NCBI GenBank assembly: GCA_035646375.1
Contig: DASRPM010000098.1
Location: 1 to 63,025 of the forward strand
DNA from: Vicinamibacterales bacterium
Lineage (GTDB): Bacteria; Acidobacteriota; Vicinamibacteria; Vicinamibacterales; UBA2999
Direction of reading: 5' to 3'
DNA: 63,025 bases
Part shown: positions 1 through 9,839 of the stretch, one piece after another
Layout: the number at the start of each line of letters is the position of its first letter
Position numbering within the stretch: the first letter of the stretch is position 1
Translations under genes and position numbers: made by a program
Notes under the pieces: generated by a model
What the model saw: the letters and a program-made list of their open reading frames with translations, nothing else
Told to the model about the DNA's origin: nothing
Databases searched by the model: none

Positions 1-506
1 GCGGCGACGGGGCGCCGCGCCGCGAGTTGCGCGGCGGCGCCTCCTCCAAGGGAGCGGCCGTAGGCGACGATGCGGTCGCCGCCCAGGCCGCGCTGATCGC
101 GCAGCCAGTCGTACCCCGCCAGGATCGCGTTCGTGATCGACGTTTGCGTCGGAGACCCGTCGGCGATGCCGTAGCCGGGGTACTCGACAATCAGCACGTC
201 GAGCCCCGCGGCCTGAAGGTCGCCAAACTGGTCGAGCCAGTCTTCCGCTCGTTCACCGTTCCCGTGCGCGAACACGATCGCCCGTCGTGCTGACGTATTC
301 CGTGCGAGCGATGGTGCGTGCCAGACGTGCACGGGGCCATCGGCGCCGCCAATCTGCACGTGCGTGATCCCGTCGACGGGCCGAGCCAGCGCCGGGCCGC
401 GCGGGCGCGGATAGAGCAGGCGCCGCTGGCCCATGAAGAGGGCGCCGTAATACACCAGGAGCACGATCGCGGCGACGGTCATGGCACTTCGAGCCATGGC
501 GCTCAT
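1..506 (-). CDS. alpha/beta-fold hydrolase (N-terminal part; C-terminus runs off the window edge)
   Basis: Own translation of the minus strand from ATG at 506: MSAMARSAMTVAAIVLLVYYGALF... (N-terminal hydrophobic anchor) ...AIVFAHGNGERAEDW...IVAYGRSLGGGAAAQLA. Has an HG oxyanion motif and a G-x-S-x-G nucleophile elbow. Absent from the ORF track because it is open at the edge. ATGA-type overlap with the stop of the upstream gene (503-506). Confidence 0.75.
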   Translation of the reverse strand, partial: MSAMARSAMTVAAIVLLVYYGALFMGQRRLLYPRPRGPALARPVDGITHVQIGGADGPVHVWHAPSLARNTSARRAIVFAHGNGERAEDWLDQFGDLQAAGLDVLIVEYPGYGIADGSPTQTSITNAILAGYDWLRDQRGLGGDRIVAYGRSLGGGAAAQLAARRPVA

Positions 507-709
507 GCCGCAGGCGCATCAGGCGCGTCGTCGCATCGCCTGCAGTTCACGGTGACACCCAGGCGCGAGGCGCGCCCCTCGGGCGTGGTCACCCACGGGC
601 GGCTCTCGAAGGGGGGGCGATGCCGTACGTGCTGTCGATGCCCGCACTCGAGCTCGGCAACCCAATGGCCTTCGTCGTCGGTGGTGAAGCCAGTGATACG
701 GCGTTCCAT
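503..709 (-). CDS. DUF3565-like small protein
   Basis: 68-aa ORF. HWVAELECGHRQHVRHRPPFESRPWV matches the conserved core I recall for DUF3565 proteins. ATG at 709. Confidence 0.7.
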   Translation of the reverse strand: MERRITGFTTDDEGHWVAELECGHRQHVRHRPPFESRPWVTTPEGRASRLGVTVNCRRCDDAPDAPAA

Positions 710-710
710 G

Positions 711-795
711 AGCCTTTAGCCTCTGGCCTCTCGGTACTACTCTTGTCGATCAGAATGCTCTTGCCAAAGGCTAGAGGCTAGAGGCGGAAGGCTCC
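711..795. repeat. heptad-periodic hairpin repeat, copy R1
   Basis: Left arm aGCCTTTA GCCTCTG GCCTCTC (711-733). Right arm CCAAAGGCTAGAGGCTAGAGGCGG (764-787). The arms are largely complementary, allowing G.U pairs. Lies between the PBP1A stop (796) and the DUF3565 start (709). Confidence 0.8.
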
Positions 796-3159
796 TCAGT
801 CTGCCGCCTTTGAGGGCGCGGCGTCGGGTGCGGCAGGAGCCGGCGTGGCAGCCGGCTGCGTGGTGGGCGGGTCGGGCGTCAGGCCGGCGGGCTGCGTGCC
901 GTTGATGAAGGCCTCGGTGATGCCGCTCGGCAGCGTGACGAACACGATGTTGCCCGGCGCCTCGAACTGCGGCGGCCGCGCACGATCGGCACGCTTGTCG
1001 ATGTACACCCGCATGAAGTCGATCCAGATCGGCAGCGCGGCCTGGGCGCCGGTCTCGCCGCTGCCAAGCGGCTTCTTTTCGTCGTAGCCCACCCAGACGC
1101 CCACGCTGATGTTCGGGTCGAAGCCCACGAACCACGCGTCGGTGAACTCGTCCATCGTGCCGGTCTTGCCGGCCAGCGGCCACTCGAGCGACTTGGCCGC
1201 GAAGGCGGTGCCGCGCTGCACGACGCCTTCGAGCAGATGCGCCATCAGGAACGCCGTGTCGGCACGCAGTGCCTCGCGAGGCTCGGGACGGTTCTCCTCG
1301 ATCACCGTGCCCTCGCGGTCGGACACCGAGCGCACCGCGTAGGGCGTCATGCGCACGCCCTGGTTGGGAAACGCCGAGTAGGCGCTCGTCATCTCGAGCA
1401 GAGTGGATTCGGCGGCCCCGAGCGCCAGCGACAGGTACGGCGGATAGTTGCCCGTGAGGCCAAGGCGCTTGGCATAGCCGACGACCAGCTCGGCGCCGAT
1501 GGCTTCGAGCGCCTTCACGGCCGGAATGTTGCGCGAGTCCTCGAGCGCATGGCGCAGCGTCACCGGCCCTTCGAACTTCCGGTCGTAGTTCAGCGGACGA
1601 TAGGGCGGCTGGTTCGGTCCCGCGATGTACGACACCGGCTCGTCGATGAACACCGACTCCGCGGTGAACCCTTTGTCGATGGCGGCGGCGTAGAGCACCG
1701 GCTTGAAGAGCGAGCCCACCTGGCGCCGCGCCTGCGTGGCGCGGTTGAACTTGCTGCGCGCGAAGTCGTAGCCGCCGACCATCGCACGGATCTGGCCGGT
1801 GCGGTTGTCCACGGCGACCAGGGCGCCCTCGACGATGGGCGGCTGCTCGAGCGTCAGCTGGGTGTACTGCCCCTTGTCGACGCCGCCGATCGCCACCTCG
1901 ATGACGTCGCCCACCGCGAAGAGGTCCGCGGCGTTGGTCTTCCGCGTCCAGGCGAACGCCGACCGCGTCAGATCGAGCTCGGTGGAGGCGATCCGGATTC
2001 TGGCGCTGCCGGCTGGGGCCTTCGGAAACGACATCACCACCGCCGGCACGATATCGCCGGCCGCAATCGGCTGCCGCCAGCGGGGCGACGTGTACGTGTC
2101 CGGCGTGAGGTTGGCGGCCACCGTCTGGCGCTGTTTGCGATAGCTGCTCCGGCGCTTGTCGAGCCGCCGCAGGCCGCGGTCGAGGGCGCGTTCGGCCGCG
2201 CGCTGCAGCTCCACGTCGAGCGTCGTCTGCACCTGGAGCCCGGTTTCGTAGAGCGCCGCGGCTCCGAACCGCTGCTCGAGGTTCTTGCGGATGTCCTCCA
2301 CGAAGTAGGCCGCGAACGAACGCTCGGCGGTGGGCTGGGCGCGGAGCACGATCGGCTTCTTGGCCGCGTCCGCGGCGGCTTGCCGCGTGACGAAGCCTTC
2401 TTCGGCCATCCGCGGCAGGACGTAGTTGTTTCGCCGCGCCAGCGTGCGCTCCGGGTTGACGAAGGGGCTGAGGCGTGCCGGCGTCTGGATGACGGCGGCA
2501 ATCGTCGCGGCCTCGTCGAGCGTGACGTCCTTCGCCGACTTGTTGAAGTACATCCGGGCGCCGGCTTCGACGCCGTAGGCGCCGTGCAGCGGCACCTGGT
2601 TCGCGTAGAGCGCGAAGATCTCGCGCTTGGTGAACCGGCGCTCGAGCTGCACGGCCAGAATGGCTTCGCGAATCTTGCGTTCGAGCGACCGCTCGTACAC
2701 GCCACCCTTCATGTAGGTGGCCTGCAGGAAGAGATTGCGGGCGAGCTGCTGCGTGATGGTGCTGGCGCCGGCGCGCTGGCCGGTCACCACGTCCTTGGCC
2801 GCCGTCATGAGAATGCGCGAAACGCTCAGCCCGAAGTGCTGCTCGAAGTCGGCGTCCTCGGTGGCCATGATGGCCTGCCGCAGCACGGGCGCCATGTCGT
2901 CGTAGCCGATGACCACCCGCCGTTCGGTGGCGAACTCGCCGATGACGTCGCCGTTGCTGGCCAGGATGCGCGTGATGGTGTTGGGACGGTAGTCGTCGAG
3001 CGCGCTGATTTCCGGGAGGTCGTCGCCGTAGGCAAAGAGCACCCCGCCTACCGTGCCCATCAGCGCTGCCGTCAGGAAGAGGAGCGCCACGACGGCCCGC
3101 GTGGCCAGGCGGATCACGATTCTGGTGCCTGTGGGGCGCTCGGGGTCGTCGTGAGCCAT
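796..3159 (-). CDS. mrcA: class A penicillin-binding protein (PBP1A-type transglycosylase/transpeptidase)
   Basis: N-terminal TM helix. GT51 motifs (EDADFEQH, TITQQLARN). Transpeptidase motifs SxxK (GSLFKP), SxN (DSRNIP) and KTG (AGKTGT). The track start at 3162 is TTG; I prefer the ATG at 3159. Confidence 0.93.
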   Translation of the reverse strand: MAHDDPERPTGTRIVIRLATRAVVALLFLTAALMGTVGGVLFAYGDDLPEISALDDYRPNTITRILASNGDVIGEFATERRVVIGYDDMAPVLRQAIMATEDADFEQHFGLSVSRILMTAAKDVVTGQRAGASTITQQLARNLFLQATYMKGGVYERSLERKIREAILAVQLERRFTKREIFALYANQVPLHGAYGVEAGARMYFNKSAKDVTLDEAATIAAVIQTPARLSPFVNPERTLARRNNYVLPRMAEEGFVTRQAAADAAKKPIVLRAQPTAERSFAAYFVEDIRKNLEQRFGAAALYETGLQVQTTLDVELQRAAERALDRGLRRLDKRRSSYRKQRQTVAANLTPDTYTSPRWRQPIAAGDIVPAVVMSFPKAPAGSARIRIASTELDLTRSAFAWTRKTNAADLFAVGDVIEVAIGGVDKGQYTQLTLEQPPIVEGALVAVDNRTGQIRAMVGGYDFARSKFNRATQARRQVGSLFKPVLYAAAIDKGFTAESVFIDEPVSYIAGPNQPPYRPLNYDRKFEGPVTLRHALEDSRNIPAVKALEAIGAELVVGYAKRLGLTGNYPPYLSLALGAAESTLLEMTSAYSAFPNQGVRMTPYAVRSVSDREGTVIEENRPEPREALRADTAFLMAHLLEGVVQRGTAFAAKSLEWPLAGKTGTMDEFTDAWFVGFDPNISVGVWVGYDEKKPLGSGETGAQAALPIWIDFMRVYIDKRADRARPPQFEAPGNIVFVTLPSGITEAFINGTQPAGLTPDPPTTQPAATPAPAAPDAAPSKAAD

Positions 3160-3226
3160 CAATGCAGTATACGCCGCAGGGTCAATCAGTTAGGCGCGCC
3201 ACCGTCTCGCGATTTTGCGCCTGACA

Positions 3227-3255
3227 TTGACTGCTGAACACTCAGATTTGATAAT
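3227..3255 (+). promoter_or_regulatory. candidate sigma70-type promoter of dnaK (TTGACT-17 nt-GATAAT), overlapped by a HAIR-like motif
   Basis: TTGACT at 3227-3232, a 17-nt spacer, GATAAT at 3250-3255, about 80 nt upstream of the dnaK ATG. TTGACT-N7-ACTCAG (3227-3245) resembles the HspR operator consensus CTTGAGT-N7-ACTCAAG (5/7 + 5/7). Confidence 0.4.
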
Positions 3256-3337
3256 GAGAGCAACCTAAAGCGCAGTGCCTGATTGCCCGCCCGTCGGGCG
3301 GGCGGCATTGAACCTGTCCTGAGACCACGAGACGTTC

Positions 3338-5257
<1,920 letters not shown>

Positions 5258-5298
5258 GCCGCGAAAGCTGACCGGGAGAGGAGCGGGAGCAGACCGGA

Positions 5299-6453
5299 AT
5301 GGATCTCTACGTGGTGCTCGGCATCCGGCAGGATGCCTCCGAGTCCGAGATCAAGCGGGCGTATCGCCGTCTCGCGCGCCGGTTTCATCCCGACATCAAC
5401 CCCGGCGATCAGGCGGCGGCGGTGCACTTCCAGCAGGTCGTCGAGGCGTACGAGACGCTGATCGATCGCGAGCGGCGGCTGCGGTACGACTCGGGCGAGA
5501 CGGCGGCCCCCGCCGAGGCGCGCCGCGGCGGATTCGAGGGCTTCGACTTCTCCTCGCGCGGACCGGACTACTCGGCCACGTTCGGCGATCTCGTCGCGGA
5601 AGTGCTGCTGGAGCACGGGGCGAAGCGGCCGGCAACCGCACGAGGCGCCGATCTCCATCACGAAGTCGCGCTCTCCTTTGCCGAGAGCTTCCACGGCTGC
5701 GAGCGCCCGCTGACGGTGACGCGGCGCGAGACCTGCCGTACGTGCCGCGGCGCCGGCGTCGCGCGCATGGCCGGGGCGCCGTGCGGGCTCTGCCAGGGGC
5801 ATGGAGCGGTGCGCACGGTGCGCGGGCACATGGTGTTCACGCGAAGCTGCAACGCGTGCGGCGGCACCGGCCAGCAGCCGCCGCGTGCGTGTCCGTCGTG
5901 CGCCGGCGCGGGGCACGAAGTGCGCACCGAACGCGTCACCTTGCGGCTGCCGGCGGGCATTGGCGACGGGGAGCGGGTCCGCGTGGCGGGCAAGGGCGAT
6001 GCCGGGCCGCGCGGAGGCGCCGCCGGCGACCTGTACGTCACGGTGCGCGTCGCTGCCGATCCCGACTTCCGCCGCGACGGCAACGACCTGCACGTGGTCG
6101 TGCCGGTCGGCGTGCACGAAGCGGCCCTCGGGGCCCGGGTGGAAGTGAACGGCCTGGACGGTCCGGTGAAGGTGCGGATTCCGCCCGGCACGCAGTCGGG
6201 CCAGCGGTTCCGTGTCAGCGAGCGCGGCATGGCCTCGATGCGCGGTGGCCCCAGGGGCGATCTCATCGTGGAGGCGCGTCTGATGCTGCCGGCAGTGCTC
6301 GACGAGCGATCGAAGGCGCTGCTGCGCGAGTTCGGCGAGATCAACGGCGCCCAGGTTCGTCCGCGCCCGCGCCCCGTCGAAGGCGCGGCCGGCGAGCAGG
6401 CCGGGGCCCCCGCGCGGACCGTGCGCGGTGGGTTGGAAGAGCAGGGGAGCTGA
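5299..6453 (+). CDS. dnaJ: co-chaperone DnaJ
   Basis: J-domain with HPD (RRFHPDINPGD), four CxxCxGxG zinc-finger repeats, and a C-terminal substrate-binding domain. Confidence 0.93.
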   Translation: MDLYVVLGIRQDASESEIKRAYRRLARRFHPDINPGDQAAAVHFQQVVEAYETLIDRERRLRYDSGETAAPAEARRGGFEGFDFSSRGPDYSATFGDLVAEVLLEHGAKRPATARGADLHHEVALSFAESFHGCERPLTVTRRETCRTCRGAGVARMAGAPCGLCQGHGAVRTVRGHMVFTRSCNACGGTGQQPPRACPSCAGAGHEVRTERVTLRLPAGIGDGERVRVAGKGDAGPRGGAAGDLYVTVRVAADPDFRRDGNDLHVVVPVGVHEAALGARVEVNGLDGPVKVRIPPGTQSGQRFRVSERGMASMRGGPRGDLIVEARLMLPAVLDERSKALLREFGEINGAQVRPRPRPVEGAAGEQAGAPARTVRGGLEEQGS

Positions 6454-6455
6454 CA

Positions 6456-6928
6456 TGGCGAAGAAGACCGAGCGCGGCAAGGCCTATTTCATGATCAGCG
6501 CGGTGTCGCAGAAGTACGACATCCACCCACAGACGTTGCGGCTCTACGAGCGCGAGGGGCTGCTGACGCCGTCTCGCACCGAAGGCAACACGCGACTGTA
6601 CTCGGAGGAGGATCTCGAGCAGCTGGAGACGATTCTGTCACTTACCCGCGAGCTCGGGGTCAACCTGGCCGGCGTGGAGATCATCCTCAACATGCGCCGC
6701 AAGATCGAGCGCATGCAGGGCGAAGTGAACGAGTTCATGGATTACGTGAAGCGCGAGCTCGCACGCGGGATCGACGATTGGGAGCAGCGCCTCAGCACCG
6801 CGATGGTCAAGAGCGCGCCGACCGACCTCGTACGGCGCGCACCAGCGCCGCCCGCGGCACCTGCCGCGTCAGCCGAAGAACCCGACGCGGCGTCTTCGAA
6901 AGAGCGGCGCAGCACGCGCCACTCATAG
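6456..6928 (+). CDS. hspR: MerR-family heat-shock repressor HspR
   Basis: MerR HTH (YFMISAVSQKYDIHPQTLRLYEREGLLTPSRTEGNTRLYSEEDL). Sits directly after dnaK-dnaJ, as in HspR operons. I chose the ATG at 6456 (MAKKTERGK...) rather than the track start at 6428, which overlaps dnaJ. Confidence 0.85.
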
Positions 6929-6997
6929 CCTTTGGCCTCTAGCCTCTAGCCTCTGGCCTTTTAGGGCTAAAGGCTAAAGCCCAGAGGCGAGAGGCTT
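6927..6997. repeat. heptad-periodic hairpin repeat, copy R2 (best exemplar)
   Basis: Five tandem heptads GCCTTTG GCCTCTA GCCTCTA GCCTCTG GCCTTTT (6928-6962), followed by a complementary-type arm GCTAAAG GCTAAAG CCCAGAG GCGAGAG GCT (6966-6996). Starts inside the hspR stop codon. Confidence 0.85.
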
Positions 6998-7045
6998 CCT
7001 CACACCGCGCAGATCTTTTCTCAGTCGCGGTGTTACGATGACGCC

Positions 7046-7879
7046 GTGGCTTGCGCGCTGTGCGACGACACCGGATGGAAATCGATCGAGATGGACGGAG
7101 TGCAGCGGGTCACACGCTGCGACTGCACGCGCGAGAAGGTCACCGAGCAGCGGCTGCGTGAAACGCGCATTCCTCCCCGCTACCTGAAGTGCACGCTCGA
7201 CAACTTCCTCACCTATCAGAACGAGGAGCTGCTGCGCGCGGTCGCATCCGCGAAGCGGTTCGCCGACACCTTCCCCGTTGCACAGAAGGGCCTGATGCTG
7301 ATCGGCCCACCGGGCATCGGCAAGACGCACATCGCCGTCTCGGTCCTGCGCCACGTCGTTCAGCGCACGGGAGCTCGGGGGCTGTACTACGACACTCGCG
7401 CGCTGCTCAAGGACATCCGCAACACCTACAATCCCGTGACACACACGGCCGAGATTGACGTCATCCGGCCCGTCATGGAGGCGGAACTGCTGGTTCTCGA
7501 CGATCTCGGCGCCGAAAGGCTCACCGATTGGGTCGAGGAGACGATGAGCCTCATCGTCAACACTCGCTACAACGAGCGGCGCGCCACGATCTTTACCTCG
7601 AACTACGAGGACATTCCGGACGAGGTGAACTCGCTCCTCGTGCGCGTGGGCTTTCGCCTGCACTCGCGGCTGCGGGAGATGTGCGAGTTCCTCGAGTACG
7701 ACGGTCCGGACTACCGGAATCTCCCGCCAAACTCCGGCGCCGAAGACCTGTTCATGCAATGGAAGGCGCAGCCCCGGCGGAAACTGCCCGCCAGGTCCCA
7801 CGGGCAGGCGCGCGCGCAGCTCAAGGGCCCAAAGGAGAAGGTCGATTTGAAGTGGTCCGGCGGGCGGGCCGGGTCCTAG
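7046..7879 (+). CDS. DnaC/DnaI/IstB-like AAA+ ATPase with an N-terminal Cys-rich (zinc-ribbon-like) segment
   Basis: CALCDDTGW...VTRCDC at the N-terminus. Walker A GPPGIGKTH, Walker B LLVLDDLG, sensor TSN. GTG start. Basic low-complexity C-terminal tail. Confidence 0.75.
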   Translation: MACALCDDTGWKSIEMDGVQRVTRCDCTREKVTEQRLRETRIPPRYLKCTLDNFLTYQNEELLRAVASAKRFADTFPVAQKGLMLIGPPGIGKTHIAVSVLRHVVQRTGARGLYYDTRALLKDIRNTYNPVTHTAEIDVIRPVMEAELLVLDDLGAERLTDWVEETMSLIVNTRYNERRATIFTSNYEDIPDEVNSLLVRVGFRLHSRLREMCEFLEYDGPDYRNLPPNSGAEDLFMQWKAQPRRKLPARSHGQARAQLKGPKEKVDLKWSGGRAGS

Positions 7880-8041
7880 CAGTCCGTAGTGAAACGCCCG
7901 CTGCATTCGCCGGGCGATGCATCCCGCCTGACTGCGTTGCTCCTCCGTCAAATATTCCCGATATTCTCCGTCGTCGCGCCTTGTCAGCCGGGCGCCTCGC
8001 CCGGCTCGGTGCGACGCGGGCGTTCCACCACGGACTGCTAG
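7876..8041. repeat. 166-nt structured element bounded by 26-nt imperfect inverted repeats
   Basis: 7876-7901 (cTAGCAGTCCGTAGTGAAACGCCCGC) is the reverse complement of 8016-8041 (GCGGGCGTTCCACCACGGACTGCTAg) with 2 mismatches. There is an internal 9-bp GC hairpin at 7986-8006 (AGCCGGGCG cct CGCCCGGCT) and a smaller hairpin at about 7902-7921. Confidence 0.7.
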
Positions 8042-8062
8042 CGCATCCAGTACGATGGGGGC

Positions 8063-9205
8063 GTGCTCGGGCTCTACGTTCACGTCCCGTTCTGCGCCGC
8101 GATCTGCAACTACTGCAACTTCAATCGCGGCCTGTTCCAAGCCGAACTGAAGGATCGCTACGTCGAGGCGGTGTGCCGCGAGGTGCGTCTGCGGGCCCGG
8201 GGCGTCGCGGCCGACACCATCTTCTTCGGGGGTGGCACGCCCTCCATCCTCGAGGCAGAAGAGATTGCCGCCATCATCCGGGCGTGCCGCGACTCCTTCG
8301 ATCTCGCGGCCGATGCCGAGGTGACGCTCGAGGCCAATCCCGAAGGCGTGACGGAAGAGCGGCTCGCGGCGTTTCGCGAGGCCGGCGTGACGCGTCTGAG
8401 CTTCGGCGTGCAATCGTTCCGCGACGAGGAGCTGCGCCGCCTGACGCGGCTGCACAGCGCCGGGCGCGCGATCACGGCATTTCGTGAGGCCCGCGCCGCC
8501 GGGTTCGACAACGTGTCGCTCGATCTGATGATGTGGTTGCCGCAACAGACGGTCGGTGAGTGGCTCGAGTCGGTGGACGCCCTGATCGGTCTCGGACCGG
8601 ATCATGCATCTCTCTACATGCTGGAGGTGTATCCGAACTCGCCGCTGCGCGAGCAGATGGCGCGCGCCGAGTGGTCCGTGGCGCCCGATGACGACGTGGC
8701 GGACATGTACCTGCAGTCGATGGAGCGGCTGGACGGCGCTGGTTACGAGCAGTACGAGATTTCCAACGTGGCGAAGCCGGGCTTTCGCTCCCGCCATAAC
8801 CTGAAGTACTGGACCGACGGGGAGTGGCTCGGGTTCGGACCGGGCGCTCATTCGACCATCGACGGCATGCGGACGCGGAACGTCAGCGGCACGGCCGAAT
8901 ACGCGGCGGCCGTGATGCCGGGCGGCCCGCTGGTCGCCGAGGCGCGGCGGCTATCCCCGCAAGACCGGATGGAAGAGGCGCTCTTCACCGGGCTACGCTT
9001 GTCGGAGGGGCTTTCCGCCGAGGAGATCCGGGCCCATTACGGAATTGACTTGTGGGGTGAGTTCGGGGCCGAGCTGCAGCCGTTCCGGGATCTCGGCTGG
9101 CTGATCTATGATGAGGGCCGCTTGCGGCTCACCAGGGCCGGCATGCTGCTGGCCCACGAGGTCATGGCCGTCTTCATCCGGCCGCCCTCGAGTCCGTCCG
9201 CGTGA
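8063..9205 (+). CDS. hemW: radical-SAM HemW/HemN-like heme chaperone / oxygen-independent coproporphyrinogen oxidase family
   Basis: LYVHVPFCAAICNYCNF (CxxxCxxC). 380 aa, HemN-like throughout. Confidence 0.88.
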   Translation: MLGLYVHVPFCAAICNYCNFNRGLFQAELKDRYVEAVCREVRLRARGVAADTIFFGGGTPSILEAEEIAAIIRACRDSFDLAADAEVTLEANPEGVTEERLAAFREAGVTRLSFGVQSFRDEELRRLTRLHSAGRAITAFREARAAGFDNVSLDLMMWLPQQTVGEWLESVDALIGLGPDHASLYMLEVYPNSPLREQMARAEWSVAPDDDVADMYLQSMERLDGAGYEQYEISNVAKPGFRSRHNLKYWTDGEWLGFGPGAHSTIDGMRTRNVSGTAEYAAAVMPGGPLVAEARRLSPQDRMEEALFTGLRLSEGLSAEEIRAHYGIDLWGEFGAELQPFRDLGWLIYDEGRLRLTRAGMLLAHEVMAVFIRPPSSPSA

Positions 9206-9289
9206 GCGCCTGGTGAAGATGCGTGTGTTGACGCGTGACGGTTCGAACGACAGGTTTAGGATGGCGGTCCTGACCCAGGAGGGGTGACG

Positions 9290-9748
9290 ATGCGACGACT
9301 GTCCGGAGTGGTGCTGGCTGGCGCGATCCTGATGCTGCCGGCGTTTTCGCTGAACGCGGGCGTGCAGGCGCAGGCCCCTCAGAAGCTCACGATGGAGGGG
9401 GACCTCGCGTTGTGGAGCGTGGCCATCCGTCCGGACAAGGCCGGCGACTTCGAGAAGATCATGGCGAAGATCAAGGACGCCCTGACGAAGTCGACTGCGC
9501 CCGAAGCCAAGCAGCAGCTGGCTGGCTGGCGGGTGGTGAAGATGTCGAAGCCGATGCCCGACGGCAACCTCATCTACACGCACGTCATCACGCCGGTCGC
9601 CGGCGCTGACTACAACATCCTGCAGGTGCTCTACGCCACGTTCACGGATCCTGCGGAGCAGAAGGAACTGTACGAGATGTATCGCGGGGCGTTCGCGGCC
9701 AACCTCGGCATCTCGAGCGGCGCGGTCGCCGTCGACCTCTCGAAGTAG
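9290..9748 (+). CDS. secreted hypothetical protein, paralogue 1
   Basis: Signal peptide (MRRLSGVVLAGAILMLPAFSLNAGVQA). GGAGG 7 nt upstream of the ATG at 9290. Shares RPDKxxDFEK...GWRxxK...Y with the next gene. Confidence 0.7.
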   Translation: MRRLSGVVLAGAILMLPAFSLNAGVQAQAPQKLTMEGDLALWSVAIRPDKAGDFEKIMAKIKDALTKSTAPEAKQQLAGWRVVKMSKPMPDGNLIYTHVITPVAGADYNILQVLYATFTDPAEQKELYEMYRGAFAANLGISSGAVAVDLSK

Positions 9749-9839
9749 CGCCGTCACACATCCGGCTGACAACGTGCAGCCAGCGAGCCACGAGCGGGCG
9801 GACCGTTCGTGGCTCGTGCCATTTTCAGGAGACTGCAAC

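Noticed and set aside
3163-3337. CIRCE (HrcA) element upstream of dnaK
   Set aside because: There is no TTAGCACTC-N9-GAGTGCTAA-like sequence. The only inverted repeat there (AGGCGC-N19-GCGCCT, 3193-3223) does not resemble CIRCE.
6927-6997. Could the short tandem repeats be a CRISPR array?
   Set aside because: The units are 7 nt with no spacers. The arrays are 20-40 nt per arm and self-complementary, and there are no cas genes. They are not CRISPR.
7002-7033. Inverted repeat ACACCGCG-N16-CGCGGTGT just upstream of the DnaC-like gene start, as a possible operator
   Set aside because: It is an 8-bp stem with a 16-nt loop in GC-rich DNA. There is no second copy or recognisable consensus, so I could not distinguish it from chance or from a simple mRNA hairpin.
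7046-7879. IstB-like ATPase as part of an IS21-family insertion sequence
   Set aside because: There is no istA transposase gene upstream; hspR and a repeat element sit there instead. I saw no IS21-type terminal repeats flanking the gene. I treat it as a chromosomal DnaC/DnaI-like gene, and the adjacent 166-nt inverted-repeat element is reported separately.
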